From Eledone cirrhosa (lineage: Eukaryota), in contig OZ024742.1 in NCBI GenBank assembly GCA_964016885.1, positions 199,516,001 through 199,580,000 on the forward strand: a stretch of 64,000 nucleotides of DNA, in the 5' to 3' direction. The first letter of the stretch is position 1; each line of letters starts with the position of its first letter. The notes beneath the pieces are model-generated. The model was not told where the DNA came from and did not search any database. It saw nothing but the letters and a program-made list of their open reading frames with translations. Shown here piece after piece: positions 14,710 through 29,487 of this stretch. The translations under genes were made by a program, and so were the position numbers.

Positions 14710-14886
14710 TGCATTACTTTTATTTATATATTTTTTTTGCCCGATAAACTTTTGCCTTTCTTGAGGAGATTTTTCAAATATGTTTTAAATTGCCTTGTCC
14801 GATGAACGAATGAGGACGTTTTTTGTATTCGTCTTATTCGGGAAACCTCTGGTAATGAGGTAATGATATTGTATTGTTTATTATAC

Positions 14887-14920
<34 letters not shown>

Positions 14921-14922
<2 letters not shown>

Positions 14923-15086
14923 GTATTTCCCGGCGCCGAAGACGTTTCGTCCTCGAGGACGCACCCTAATTTCGACAACCAAAAATTTGAAAAAAAACAA
15001 TAAACAATATTCGGCCTCCAGGACACATGGTAGATTTTTGAGACTTATTTTAGGAAAAAAGTAGCGTCTTCGACGCCGGGAAATAC

Positions 15087-15088
<2 letters not shown>
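14921..15088. mobile_element. Tc1/mariner-pogo-type MITE
   Basis: About 24-bp TIRs ccgtatttcccggcg.cgaagacg with TA flanks inside (TA)n. Confidence 0.85.
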
Positions 15089-15148
<60 letters not shown>

Positions 15149-15773
15149 ATGAGAAATAGATAAAGAGAAAAATATTTATATGCGTGTGCGCGTTTTCGTA
15201 TTGCGTGTGTGCGTGTGCGTGTGCGTATGCGTGTGCGTGTGTGTGTGCGCGCGTGTGTGTGTGTGTGTGTGTGCGTGCGTGCGCGCGTGTGGTGTGTGGT
15301 GTGTGTGTGTGTGTGTGTTACTAATGTCACGACTACTTCCGTGTCTCAATTTATATCTTCACGCACAGGCATTGCACGATAGAATTAATTAATAATTATT
15401 GATAATGGTATATCGTGCAATGGCCATACTCTATAACGAGGGGGCCACCATCATGTATGTATGTATATATGTATGCATGTATGTGAATATGTATGTATGT
15501 ATATATGTATGTATGTATATATGTATGTATGTAAGTATGTAAGTATGCCTATGTAGATGTATGCGTCTGTAAAAGTGGTAAACAAACAATACTGTTTACG
15601 TGTTTACCATTTACACCTAGAATTCATCATCTATAAATGTGTTTGCCAATTTCATTTTACTTAATTTGTAAATCAAGTAAAAATTATGAGTTCTTCCTAC
15701 CCCCTCTCTCTGCCTATCTCAATATATTTACACATATATATGTATATATGTATATATATATGTATGTGTGTGT

Positions 15774-15879
<106 letters not shown>

Positions 15880-17018
15880 GTGTGTGTGTGTGTGTGTATG
15901 TTAGTACCTATAATTTTTATATATCGCTAAGAATTCTAATCGCCTTTCTTTCATCTTCAAAAATATAATTAATAGTATCATTAAATACATTTCTAATATA
16001 TCTTCAGACAAAACGATGTTTCGTAGAGTCGCCATTTACCAGAAAAACGATGTTAATAAATAAATGTAGTCATAAAAACAAGTTTTATCCAATAACAGAA
16101 TAGTGGAACTGGACTCATCGCTCACCTTGATGGGAATTAATCTGATAAACTGGATAAAGTAGATGGAAGAACGTTACAAGTGGCTCCATTACTAGTATGA
16201 TATCTAAGCTTACTTGCGTTGGAAACAGACACCAATCTCACTTCATGATTGATTGCCTTTGGAAGAGATACTCTAAGTACTGAAATGTAAAATTACCTTT
16301 TACAAAGACTCAACGAACCACCCGGATGAGAGATCAAAACCCGCGACCAAATGACCATGGGGTCAACCCTCTAACCCAGTGATTCCCATTCCCTAATTTT
16401 TTTTTGGCCCACAGAACGCTTTAGAACGAGTAAAATTACTTCATCGTACTTTCTACCTAAATTCGAACATTTATTCAAAAGAGATGTTGATACATATTAA
16501 CGTAAATCTTAAATACAATAAAGGGAGGAGGAGCGTGTCACTGCGTGCAGAATATTGTTTTTTATCTCGTTTGTAAAATAAGTTGGATTACTTTGAATAA
16601 ATAATTAGTATATAAATATTAGTACATAAATTATGTAATATTCATTCATTACTTTGAATAAATAATGAATGAATATTACATAATTTATGTGCTAAATTTC
16701 GTAACTCATGATTAAATATAGATCATTTTATTGCTATTTTAAGATTCACTTCTTTAAAATTTTCAAATGTCAACACTTCCGGTTAGCGCCCGTTATATTA
16801 TAACATTTATTACATCGCTTATATAAACATTCATATATTTCCGTCGCTAATTTTCTCCTAATGCAGTTTATATATAATATCGTCTTTTTTAAATGTATCA
16901 TGGATTACTTTACTGATTACATAAGACAGTGTAACGCAGACTTCGTTCAATTTGTGTGCATATTGTCAATTACGATTTCATTTGATGTATCATATCTATA
17001 TGTATATATATACATATA

Positions 17019-17614
17019 CTAGCAGTGGTACCCGGCGTGGCACGGGATAAGGTATTTTGGAACGCGGGCCGCAAACAGACCTAATCATGGTAAAACTGCA
17101 TGCCTGGACAATATGTAAAGAAAATAAACCGAATAATCTGATGGCTGGATAATCTTTAAGATTTTCCTCGATGAAGCAGGAAAAATGCAGGTTTTCACCT
17201 AATGCGGGCCCTAGGGGATCAAGAAAATAAAATTTTTTTATGTGCATAATATACCTTGAAATTTCGGGAATAGCTGCTAGACCTAACGCCTCCAAAAAGC
17301 CATAAAAAGGTGAAAAAATGAAGTTTTTCACCTAATGCGGGTCCTAGGGCATAAAAAAGTTGGATTTTCTTTGCTCACGGTCTGAAGAAGAGACTGACTA
17401 ATACATAGTTACAATTTCAAGGAAATCGGTCTGACGTAACGCCTCAAATAACCCCCAAAAAGCTGCAAAAACGCAGTTTTTCACCTAATGCGGACCCTAG
17501 GAGTTCAAATAATTGAATTTTTATGTGCATAGCACTCCCTGAAACATAAGTAATACACATGTAAAGTTTGAAAAGAATCGGTTGGGTACTTCTCGAGTTT
17601 TATGGACACACACA

Positions 17615-17646
<32 letters not shown>

Positions 17647-17987
17647 CATCCTCAAGGATACATACAGACAGATATTATAAGTACCAGTAATGCACTGGGT
17701 AATTGCTGGCCTTGTGCCTAAAGTAGAAACAATTATAAGGGCGCGACGTTATATGTATGTATCTATCTAAAAAGAGAAAGACTTAGAATTATAGAGAGAG
17801 ATCGTTAAATCGCCTAATGCGATCCCTAGGGCATTGAAAATTTGAAATTCTTTTTGCTCAGAACATTCCGTGAAACATAAGTATTACATGTGCAAAGTTT
17901 GAAAACAGTCGGTTGGGTGGTTCTCTAGTTTTAAGGATTCAAACTCACACACACACAGACAGATATCCTCAGTTTTATATATATAGA
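17019..17987 (-). mobile_element. Non-autonomous Helitron with internal tandem subrepeats
   Basis: 5' a|TCtatatatataaaactg plus (TG)n. 3' hairpin cccgtgccacgccggg followed by CTAG|t. Internal repeat cacctaatgcgg.ccctaggg occurs four times. Second copy at about 53740-54320. Confidence 0.75.
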
Positions 17988-18231
17988 TTTGCGTATAGTA
18001 TCAATATACACACTACATATGCTAGCAGAAAACCACCCGAAAGGTGGTTTTTCTGTTAGTTATAGATAATGAAAAGTACAGAAAAATTATTTGAACTTCG
18101 TTCTTTAATCAATAAAGGTAGCAAAGTTACCAAATAGAACGCGCGATTGTTGTTTATTGGCAATGGTTTCATACTTAGTTTCGTTGTTTTCCACTTTAAC
18201 ATTTATTTATTAACTTTATTACGATTTTCAA

Positions 18232-18272
<41 letters not shown>

Positions 18273-18761
18273 AGAAGGCTACAGTATTGGAAATAGCACA
18301 TTAAATATTAACAATATTTATACAAATATATAACGATAACAAAGTTGTTTGAATATCTTGGAGGCTTTTTATTACGCCTAAATATTTCGGGATAAAAACC
18401 TTTCGTCAAATGAAAAGATAGGAAACTAAGTCGGAGAAGGATATCTGGTGTTATTCTCATGTTGGCATTTGTGAATCTGAAAATGGTGAGTTTTTCAACG
18501 CTAGAAGTAATGAATGGATCACATGGTATGTATTCTGAGCTATGTTCTGAGCTATGTTCTGAAATATGTTTTAATCTACGCTGATTGTAGCTATTGTATT
18601 TTTTTTACATTTTGAAATCGAATTTTGATATTTCGTGGGACACCTTATTACACCAGGCAACGCAGCGCACAGTTTAAGAGTCACTGTTCAATCATTACGT
18701 CACACACCTCAAAATAATTTGTGAGTTACGAAACTAGAAAAAAAAAAGACATCAAACTTAC

Positions 18762-18898
18762 ATTTGAAAATTTCGTCCTTGATTTTCCCAGGTTGATCCA
18801 TCTGTACTGTCCTTGGGATATCTGTTGGTAGTTCATTAATCGATATTCTGCTTTAGGTTCTCTCTGGGTATGAAATTCAAATGTTTGGCCGCTCATGC
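18762..18898 (-). CDS. Internal exon of the mGluR-like gene, end of the Venus-flytrap domain
   Basis: tttacag|GC ATG...AAT|gtaagt encodes (S)MSGQTFEFHTQREPKAEYRLMNYQQISQGQYRWINLGKSRTKFSN, matching mGluR SGxxFxF...Y.i.n.q....Y.W..vG. 137 bp, phase 1/0. Confidence 0.85.
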
Positions 18899-19993
18899 CT
18901 GTAAATATACATAAGTATGTGTATTTCTGAAACACACACACACATACATATATATGCATGTGTGTGCGCGTGCACGCACACACACATGCATACACGCACA
19001 TGAAAGATCGGTAATTTTTCTAGGTTGTCTCTGTTGATTATTTTAAAAAAACAGAATTAGTTGTTTAGTTTACATATTGAGACCCCAACCCATCCTATTT
19101 ATTTTATAACATGGGATTTCTAGTAATATACTTTTTTGTCATGTATAATGTTTTTTAATGTCTAAAGAAAATTAAATGTCGCAGAAATGCTACTACTTAA
19201 AATAAAATTTCACCTGAGATAGATTAGCAAATTTAATAAGCGAGTAATCGGGGGAGTTAGAATAAGAGCGAGGTGGTGGGGATGGGGGTGGTAAAATCTG
19301 AAAAATGATTAAGTGGGAGCGGGGGTGATTAATCAAGGCCTGAGAGTACTTAATTCCACTAACAAGATATTGGTTGACCCGAGGTTATGGTAAATGATAT
19401 TTGACCAAGTTACACGGGTAACTATGTCAGTTCAGTTTTTCTGTTGCAGGTTTAACCCCCAGGCGGTGAACTGTCGCAGTTGTTTGAACGTTGGATAGAA
19501 GGATTTATAGTATTCCTTCCTGATCTCTGAGTCGAAGTCAAATTTACCTTTCACCTTAATGAGGATGAAAGGTAAATTTGACCTCGACCCAATGATTGTG
19601 AAACGAATTTCTTAACCACTCGACCGTACTGCGATGTATACCGCTGATTTTCGCAACTTTTGGTTCCAGATCGATGACAGACTGTTTGTTTTACCGGGCT
19701 AGATAATATACACTAAAAACAAATGAAGTCAAAAACTCTCTTGTTACCCCTTAACTATAATATGGATGTGTAAATGTTTAAAATTAAATCAAACATCACA
19801 TATTAAACTTATAACGTTAATTATCTAGTCAGGCGGTTCACAGGAAATTCAAGTATCCGCTCATAATTATGTCCGCCCATGTCTGCCCATCTATTGCCGG
19901 GAAATTGGTGGTATACTTGCAGGACTAAATTTAGACCTTGCGGGAACAGATGTAATTCAGGTTTGGTGGGCCCCTCGTATATAAAAATACGCA

Positions 19994-20095
<102 letters not shown>

Positions 20096-20846
20096 AATAT
20101 ATATATATATAATATATACACACACCAAGTACCATCATTGATAAACTATACATACACATATACATTCATACACTTGCATACATATAAACCAGCTCACCTT
20201 ACTTTCGGCAACTTATATCGCTAAAGTTAAGAAATTTTGATAAATAGGCCCAAAAGCGACACCAAATACATTTTAAAAAACACACTCTCTAAAAGATAAA
20301 ATTATGTTTACGATCAGGGTCCCCTTAAAAGTTAGAAAGAAAGAGCTCTGTTTGAAGTGTGTGTGTGGGGGAGGGGGTTTGACGTGTGGAACCCAAGGCA
20401 TTCGCTTCCCCCGATAAGTTCGGCTCGCTATACTATTGGGCGTCAAGTATGAAATTTGTAGAAATTTGTTTTGTTTCTACAAATTTCTACAAATTTCATA
20501 CTTGACGACCTAATATTTTTGTTATAATTGGATGGTAGATTAAATAGGTTACCAGATTTACATCACCACCTGTCGCTTGGGTACCTTTAGCGGAGTCAAC
20601 TCTGTTGTAAATCTGACTGTGGCCTACATGGGTGGTAGACATAATCTGTCACCTATTTTAACACCACTACCACCTGGGCTCTCAGTTCCTTTAGCGGAGT
20701 TATTTCCATTGTAAGCATTCTGACCAGTTCTCCGGTTTGAGGTTAACTTCCTTCCACCGTCCAACCCATTGCGCAGATTCTGAAAATGGTTATGGCCCCA
20801 GCTCCTTTCTCCCCGATTAAATAGTTTTAAAAATAATTATACTCAC

Positions 20847-20952
20847 TTTTGAAGCGAACACTCTCCAGATAATTGCTCAAGACTTCCCCAGACAATGGTT
20901 TCATGGCATCACACATTCCTGGAACTCCATGGCAATAGTCCCAATGAATGTT
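20847..20952 (-). CDS. Next internal exon of the mGluR-like gene (absent from the ORF track)
   Basis: gggcag|AAC...AAA A|gtgagt encodes NIHWDYCHGVPGMCDAMKPLSGEVLSNYLESVRFK, matching the mGluR HxxxCxgxxGxCxxMxPxxGxxL..V.F motif. 106 bp, phase 0/1, compatible with both neighbouring exons. Confidence 0.88.
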
Positions 20953-21052
20953 CTGCCCAACAGAGAACCCAAATAACATTTAAAGATATCGATGAAAAAA
21001 ATCCAAATATACACACACACATACACACATATGTATACACACACACATCACA

Positions 21053-21089
<37 letters not shown>

Positions 21090-21670
21090 GTACATACACT
21101 CACAGGCGCACACACACACAATTATATACATACAAAAAACATCTCTCTCTCTTCATACACACAAATAAATAAATATATAAACATCAACTTTTTGTACATG
21201 TTATAAAGATCCTTTTTTAAAATATATAGTGCGTATATATATATATATATATAGTGCGTATATATAAAATATATAGTGCGTATATATATAAAACAAAGAG
21301 GGTTTGGTAAGACACCAGGTGGACCATAACACACCAGAGTACTCGATACATGGGGTAGTAGAATGGGTAATATTAAAAGATTCAGGACCCCGACGGCTGA
21401 GCTCCGCCCGTTTCGACATCTATATATATATATAATACAAAGAATAGTTTCTAATTCAGGTACTAGGCCAGCGGGGGAGGGGGGGGGGGAGAAAATCGAT
21501 TATAACGACGCCAGTACATAATTGGTATTTTATTTCCTCGATTTCGGAAGGATGAAAAGCAAATTTGACGTCGACAGAATATGGACTAAATTTAGACAGA
21601 ATTTGCCACTAAATACATCAAAGCATTTTGTCCAATGCTCTATTAATTCAGCCAAACCGACCGTCCTGAT

Positions 21671-21749
<79 letters not shown>

Positions 21750-22189
21750 CACCATCACAATTCACTGTCTAAACCCGCCTTTTTACAGATATACACATAT
21801 ACACCACACACACACGCACAGAGTGGAAAATAAACAACAAAACAAAATCAAATATAATGTGATAAAGAAAAAAAAATGGCTGATGTATCAAACTGGAAAA
21901 AAATTCCCCCTAAAACAGTAAGCTGCGACATCAATAAAACATTGCAATAATTTGGAAACAGGACAAAAGAAATTTATATTTGTGTGGCATTTTATTTAGA
22001 AAGACCTCCCAGCAGAACAGCAAAATACTAAGAAACTGTTCTCTGTCTATATCTATATAAGAGACGGATAATGAAGATATAAGTTTAATAAAATCACTGG
22101 AAATTGTAGGAAAGTTTTTCGTTGTCGGCAATAGAGCAGAATCTCTTTTGTTTTCCAAAAAATAGAATTAAGACAAAAGAAAATGAATA

Positions 22190-22612
22190 ACGAGAAAAAA
22201 TGGAAGAAAATGAAGAGGAAAAAACCAAGATGAGAAATAGGAGAACGGGGTGATCGATAAGAAAATGAGGGGCGAGGAGGAATGATAGAAATCAGGTGGA
22301 GAAGATGGGAAGAGGGTAAAATGGATGAGAGAATGGGAGAGAAGATGGGAGAAAAGAGAAAGACAAAAGCTGAGAAAAGAAAAGAAACGAGAAGAGAGAA
22401 GATAGAAGATGGATGGAAAATAAGATGGAAGGAAAGAAAAGGCGAGAAAAAGGGAGAGACGAAAAGATGTGGTAGAAGAAGAGATAAGAAAGGGGAAAGA
22501 AGAGAAGATAGAAGGTGGAGAGATATGAAAGGATGGAAGAGAAGAAAAGGTTGGAGAGATAGAGAGGAGATAAGAAAAGCTGGAAGAGAAGAGAGGAAAG
22601 GAAAGAAGATTT
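22190..22612 (+). repeat. Purine-rich (GA/GAA) low-complexity tract
   Basis: Almost exclusively A and G. Confidence 0.8.
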
Positions 22613-22799
22613 AATTGTCTATAGTATTAATAAATATAGCTAATTTCTAAAGGATTATTGAATTAACAGACAATGGAAAAAATCTAAGAAAGGAGTACGA
22701 CAAAGTTAAAATAATTGAAGCTGCGAGGGAAACGAAAACGAAAACAAAGACCGAAAAAAAAAAATGACAAAAAACTGCATAAAAATAAAAAAACAACAA

Positions 22800-23640
22800 T
22801 AATAATGGTTTTTAATTTAGGCACAAGGCTAGAAATTTGGGGAGAGGGGCAAAAAACCGATTATATCGACCCCAGAATTTGACTGGTACTTTATTTTATA
22901 TTTTAGGAACCTCGGAAAGGATGAAACGGAAAGTTGACCTACATGCCACAAAGAATTTTGTCCTTAATATTAATAATAATGGTTTCTTATATAGGCACAA
23001 GGCCGGCAATTTTGGGGGAAGGGGAAAGTCGATAAAATCGACCCCAGTGCGTGACTGGTACTTTATTTTATCGACCCCGTAAGAATGAAAGGCAAAGTTA
23101 ATCTCGGCGGGATTTGAACTCAGAACTTTAAAAGGTGGAACAAATAGTGCAAGGTATTTTATCCGACATTCTCAAGATTCTGCTAACCCACAGCCCCTAG
23201 TTTCTAATACAGACGCAAAACCAGAAATTTCGGTTGAGGGGGAACAACAGATTAAATTTACTGATATTTTATTTTTCCGGGTCTGGGAAGGATGTAAGGT
23301 AACGTTGGCTTCGGCAGCATTCAAACTCAGAACATAAAGAGCCAGAATAAATGCCACAAAACATTTAATCCGACGCCCTAGAGACTCTGTCAATCCAGCG
23401 CATTCATAATTGTGGTTTCAATTTAGGCACAAAACCAACAATATTAAAAGGAGGAGAAAGTCGATTATATCGATTCCAGTAATTGATTGGCACTTTATTT
23501 TATCAAAACGTTGGAAATTGACCTCAGGAGATTTGAACACAAAATGCAAAGAGTCGGAACTAATTCTACTAAACATACTAAAATACTACTAAACATATGT
23601 ACTACGCCCTAACAGTTCGACCAATCCACCACCCCAACAT
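22800..23640 (-). mobile_element. Tandem cluster of about four tRNA-SINE copies
   Basis: Repeated aggcacaagg...tcgaccccag...actggtactttatttt...ggatgaaaggcaaagtt.acctcggc.ggatttgaactcag units separated by (aat) tails. Confidence 0.8.
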
Positions 23641-23694
23641 CGAATTAATAATAATTGTTTCTAGTTTAGGTACAAGGCTAGCAGTTCAAAGTAA

Positions 23695-24045
23695 GATAAA
23701 GGGTAAAGACTCCCTTTGGTCACGAATGACCATGGAATTTGCACCTAGAAAGTTTCTCTCCCAGGCACAAGACCAGGGAATGTTGTTTATGGAAAACCAG
23801 CAGTCGCCCATGCATACCAGTCTCCCATCTCCAAGCCATCGATGTTGTCCAAGGGAAAGGCTATGGCCGATACAGCTTGGCACCAGTGATGTCGCAACTC
23901 ATGTTTACAGTAAACTGAGTAAACTGGAGCAACGAGGAATAAAGGGTTTTGATCAAGGACACAACGCATCACAACGAGAATCGAACTCACAACCTTCCGA
24001 TTGCAAGCCCAGTGCTCTAACCACTAAGCCATGAGCCTCCTTCAC
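23695..24045 (-). mobile_element. tRNA-derived SINE, second family
   Basis: Minus strand tggcttagtggttagagc (box A) and gagttcgattc (box B), then gttgtgtccttga..aa.cc.tt.att....gttgctccagtt.actcag. Confidence 0.8.
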
Positions 24046-24054
24046 AAGGTAAGA

Positions 24055-24404
24055 TAACATCGAATATATCGATTGCCGGTTTTGGCTGGTGCTTTGTTTT
24101 ATGGACTTGACCCCACAAGGATGAAAAGTAAATTTAACCTCGACGGAATTTTAAATCTGAATGTTAAGAGCCGGAACAAATACCACAAGACCTTTTGTCC
24201 GGCACTCTCACAATTCTGCTAACCTACATCCCTCAGAGAAGCAGATTAAATTGACTCAATCCTGCTAGACCGCGAAAGGACGAAAGTTATGTTGACCTCA
24301 GCGGGATTTGAACTCAGGGTGCAGAACCCATTTTCTCTCTAGGTCTGAACACAACCAATTTCTTCCAGACAGAGGGAGAGAAAGAGAGGGTGAGAAGGTG
24401 AGAC

Positions 24405-24442
<38 letters not shown>

Positions 24443-24690
24443 GGGAGAGAGAGAGAGAGAGAGAGGTGGAGAGAGAGATAAATAAAAAGAGAGGGTGTGA
24501 TAAAGAGAAAGTAAGTAAGATATGGAAGAATCGACCTCAGTATTGGACTGGTACTTTTTTTTATCGATCTTGAAAGGATGAAAGACAAAGTTGGGTTCGG
24601 TGGGATTGGCACTCAGAGCGCAGAGAGCTAGAACGAATGCTACAAAGCTTTCTATCCGATGTTTTAACGTTTCTGTTAATCCGTCGCCAT
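24055..24690 (-). mobile_element. Degenerate tRNA-SINE copies and a (GA)n tract
   Basis: Same motifs as 5826-6011 at about 24060-24320 and 24525-24690. Confidence 0.65.
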
Positions 24691-24700
24691 TAGTACTTAC

Positions 24701-25003
24701 ATGTAATGTCTGTGCAAAAGCCATGATCGCGTTGCTGAGATGTTCCGCGTCTGTTTGCATTGTATTGACAAACTGAGCAATATTTTCTTTGCCTGAACAC
24801 GGCCGTGTTTTACCAAAGTATCTGTGTAAGAGGCGAGACCTATTGTTGTATTTGTGTGGCAGAAAACGACAGTTGAAGACTTCTTGCCAAAACGTCTGGA
24901 ACCATGGATTCCTCTTGTATTTTGTAGGATTCTTCTGTTCCATGTAATCGTTGAAACTTAGGACAGGATTTTCGGTCAACTGGAGAACTAAACTTCCTTC
25001 AAG
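24701..25003 (-). CDS. Internal exon of a metabotropic glutamate receptor-like (class C GPCR) gene, Venus-flytrap domain
   Basis: Translates LEGSLVLQLTENPVLSFNDYMEQKNPTKYKRNPWFQTFWQEVFNC...CSGKE...NAIMAFAQTLH. RNPWFxxFWxxxFNC and NAxxAFAxxLH are mGluR hallmarks. Acceptor ttttcag|CTT, donor CAT|gtaagt, 303 bp, phase 0/0. Confidence 0.9.
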
Positions 25004-26203
25004 CTGAAAAATTAAATGAAAAAAAAAAAATAAAATAAAATAAAATAACAGTTATACAGTGTAAACATCCGGTTGGCTTCAAAAGCACTGGAAACGTTTG
25101 TAATCTGAAACGTTGTCGACCCAACGAACCTTAGTATAATAATAGTTGAAAAAAATCAGATAAATAACCCCCTGGAGAGAGAAAAAAGTGGACGTTGGCA
25201 TTTGCGACGAAAGTTAACTCGCATGCACCACTGTAACCTTTGTCTATCTCCATTGGTATTTTACCCTTTTTTTTTCAACCAGTATCTACAGTGATCAACA
25301 ACTATTATAGTAATCTGCGATGGTACGACTATATTTCAAATTTATTTATTTATCTATTGGTATTAATGTAAACACTGTCCATATAAATTGTGCATAATAA
25401 TCAGGAGTTGATTATACAGAGCGATTGCCGGTCCAGCAAAAATTAGGTATTAGGATTGGTGCTCTGAAATAGCGATGTATACATGTATGTATAGTATAGT
25501 TGGCAATATACCGTATGTTTAATTAAAAACATTTAGAAGACCATTCGCTATTTCAGAGCATTAATACTAATACCTAATTTTTGTTGGACCGGCAATCGCT
25601 CTGTGTAATCAGCTCCTGATTATTACTGGAATTCTATAAGAATCCAGCTTCTATAATGTTCGGCATAGGCAGGTGAGTGCGTGGCTTTGATAAACGCCAA
25701 GCAGCGAGAAACAACTGTCAGCCACTCTCCCAACCTTTGCCGAAAATATAAGTAAGTGACATAGTCACTACTTTAAAACTGATAGCGAATGCTCTTCTAA
25801 ATGTTTTTAATTAAACATACGGAGGTTGTGTAGTTACTGATAACGAGTGTTAGAAAGTTAGGGGACACAAACAAGAGATGGACATTTTCCCTTCATCAGT
25901 TGTCTACTACCGGTCACGGATATTTCAGCGCATTATAGACAATACATCTACCCGTAGCGCGCCCACAGCCTTTTATCTATTAAAAAGCCACGAGGGAAAG
26001 AAGCGATAGCGAAGAGAAAGAAAGAAAGGAGAGAAAAAAAGGAAAAAAGGAAGAAAACATACCGAAAGAAGGGGGAAACACAGGACAATGGCACATGTAA
26101 GTGAGTAACCGAGAGGAAAATAGGACGAAGTTAAAAAAGCCGTTGGGTTTAAGCCCAGCGGCCAGTTTGACAGCGGAACTGAGATAAACACGTCTATTCT
26201 CAA

Positions 26204-26267
<64 letters not shown>

Positions 26268-26791
26268 TTACTGGTATCTTCTGTATATCTACATGTGTAT
26301 TGTTGGACCGAAAAGGTTGTTAGAACTCAATGCGGCCTTGAAGAGATGGTTTCAAGGAGATTAGGCGGTGAGTGCTATAGTTTTTTAGTAGACTTTCATC
26401 GCATAAGGTGTCCCTCGAAGATTCTATTCAAGATACAGAGTCATTTGTATATATGTGTCCATATATTTATTGAACAATGAAAATAAAACAAAAGTTGAAG
26501 ATAGGTTCTTAATTAATTCATGAAATAATTAAAAAACCTATCTTCGACCTTTGTTTTATTTTCATTGTTCAATAAACACGCAGACACACACTCACACACA
26601 AGCACGTGCATACACACACACACATATATATAGTGAAAATAAGATGGCGGAATTATCTCAGAGGCTATGGATTTTTTTACAAAATTACATTTATTAATTA
26701 ATCATTTACACGTGTTTTGCTATTATTGCGCATTGACCTGCATCTATCATAAAACTTCTGAGCTTTGCACATTTCACAGCTCCTCGGAAAG

Positions 26792-26835
<44 letters not shown>

Positions 26836-26844
26836 TATACATAA

Positions 26845-26875
<31 letters not shown>

Positions 26876-26880
26876 TATAC

Positions 26881-26970
<90 letters not shown>

Positions 26971-27083
26971 AAAATTAAATTAAGGGTGTCATGTCCGAGA
27001 CATGCGCCATTTCAAAATGGAAAATATGCTCAAAGATTCCAATTAATAGATCCGAGCATTTTATATCAACTAGAAATTGATTG

Positions 27084-27166
<83 letters not shown>

Positions 27167-27244
27167 GTAAAGTGCTTACAAATTATCCCCTGTGATTGTT
27201 TCATGTGTTTATTTTAGATATATATATGTCAATCAATTTCTAGT

Positions 27245-27312
<68 letters not shown>

Positions 27313-27354
27313 CTATAAAGAACTTCGTTTTCAAATAAAAAATCTAGAAAGTTA

Positions 27355-27416
27355 TATATAATGATGAGGATGTACTGAAACTACAACACAGTACCTTTGA
27401 AATATATATAATAAAG
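27355..27416 (+). ncRNA. Degenerate hammerhead-like motif
   Basis: aTGATGA-ggat gtactg...cagtac cttt-GAAA-tatata-TA-ata. The first core C is mutated. Confidence 0.4.
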
Positions 27417-27764
27417 TATAGATTTTGATTATGAGAATATTTTTCATTTGTTAATACTTTGAATAATATATATATAACTAAGGAAGTGTGGTAAGGAACC
27501 AGGTGGACCATAACGCACCATAGTACTCGATACTTTGGGTAGTAGAGTGGGTAATAGGAAAAGAGTCAGGACTCCGACGGCAGAACTCAAGCCGTTTCGA
27601 CAGCTATTTCTGGACGGAAATAGTCGTCGAAACTGCTTGAGCTCTGCCGTCGATGTCCTGACTCTCTCTCTCTCCCCACCTCTCTCTATATATATGCATG
27701 TGTGTGTGGCTATGAACATGTGAATTAGATGGTGGTGACAGAAAATAAAAAAAATAGAAATGGG

Positions 27765-28078
27765 GTTCCCCTGAGCGGTTTCTGGGGAAACATTACTCGA
27801 TAGAGTGCGTAGCTCAGAGATCAGAGAGTCATCCCAGGTAGAGCCGCTACTTCTCCGATCAGAGAGATCACAGCTTCGATACTATGGGCATGTAGTTAGA
27901 ATGTCTCAGGAAAGAATCGCTGGACAAATTTTACAGGCAAAACCAACTGGCAAGAGACCCAGGTGTAGACCCTGAGCAAGATGGTTGGATAACATCCATG
28001 AGCTTGGTTGGTCTTGTTTAGGATCTAGCCAGATCACTTGGAGACGGTAGCTTCTGAACTGCTGGACGGAGTGTTTGA
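27765..28078 (+). pseudogene. Decayed RTE-type LINE ORF2 C-terminal fragment
   Basis: SQLRYYGHVVRMSQERIAGQILQAKPTGKRPRCRP*ARWLDNI motif. Confidence 0.75.
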
Positions 28079-28079
28079 G

Positions 28080-29487
28080 AACTAAACGCTCGTAACAAGG
28101 TGCTAGTCATAAATTCCTTGGCTGTCCCAGTTGTCACTTATAGCTTCGGTGTGTTGAACTGGAATATGAGTGAGATCAAAAGAATCGACACAAAAGTCCG
28201 TAAGCTGTAATAGGATGCACCACCCAAAAGCAGATGTGGATCGTCTTTACCTTCCTAGAACTCAATGAGGCCGTGGCCTGATCCAATTTGAACTTACTTA
28301 CAAGACCACCATCATTGGACTGGCCAAATACCTTGAAACAACTAACGACTGTATGCTGAAACTTGTTGAAAAGCATAAGAGAAGTAAGAAGCTTCATTCT
28401 ATCTTGAAGGAGAGCAAAACATATGCTACTGATCTCATGCTTGATACCCAGGATGGACAGACTAAAGAAACTGTTGCAACTGATGCTGCTAGGCACATAC
28501 AATCACTGGCAAAAGCAAAAGGGCAAGAACAATTAGCATCAAAGTGGTAGCAGAAACCTCTGCATGGCAAATATGTGGCCCGTAGCAAACAAGCTGATGT
28601 TGACCAAAAGCACACCCATCAGTGGCTACGTAGTTCAGGGCTAAAGTCTTCATCTTAGCTGCCCAGGATCAAAGCTTATTGACTCGTAACTACCAGGCCA
28701 ATGTGATGAGAAACGGAATAAACCCAAAGTGCCGATTCTGCAATGCTGGGGTTGAAACAGTGGATCATTTAGTCTCTGGATGTAAAGTTTTAGCACCAGT
28801 AGAATACAAATATAGACATGACAGATTTGGCCAATATCTACACTGGGTAATATGTCGGCATTACAAAATCAAAGCTGAAGACAAGTGGTACTATCATCAC
28901 CCTGAGGCTGTAATGAAAGAGAAAAAGTAACAATTCTCTGGGACTTTCCTGTACATACTGACAGGACCATAAATGCAAATAGACCTGACATCATTGTAAA
29001 AGATCAACATAACAAGGTCTGTTTGTTGATAGATATGAGCATCCCATGTGATCACAATATCGCGGCAAAAGAATTTGATAAGCTACGAAAATATAAAGAT
29101 CTGCTTATTGAAAGTGAGAAGATGTGGCACCTCAAGGCCGTTACAATACCAGTAATTGTGGGAGGACTGGGAAGGATCAAGGAAGGAACAGAACAATATT
29201 TGCGAATGATTCCTGGTTTACTCTCTCTGCACGAGGTGTAAAACATTGTTTTGACTGGTACTGCACACCTATTGAGAAGAGTACTATCTCTGTAAGATTG
29301 ATATCCCTCCTTGTATTTACATATGCATATGCACATGTGTATGTATGTATACTGTTTTTGTTTTTTTTAAATTATAATCAATGTGCTGTATTAACTGGCT
29401 TACCAATGCACACTGTGAATTTATTTGCCCTAGGTGTCAAGAAGATACTCGGCATATATCTCAGAAACAATAATTAAAGAAAATAAA

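Noticed and set aside
23960-24040. tRNA gene
   Set aside because: Box A and box B are present but run into a SINE body, with no complete cloverleaf.
24314-24700. C-terminal extension of the 221-aa ORF
   Set aside because: Read-through past the GTAAGT donor into SINE and (GA)n intron sequence.
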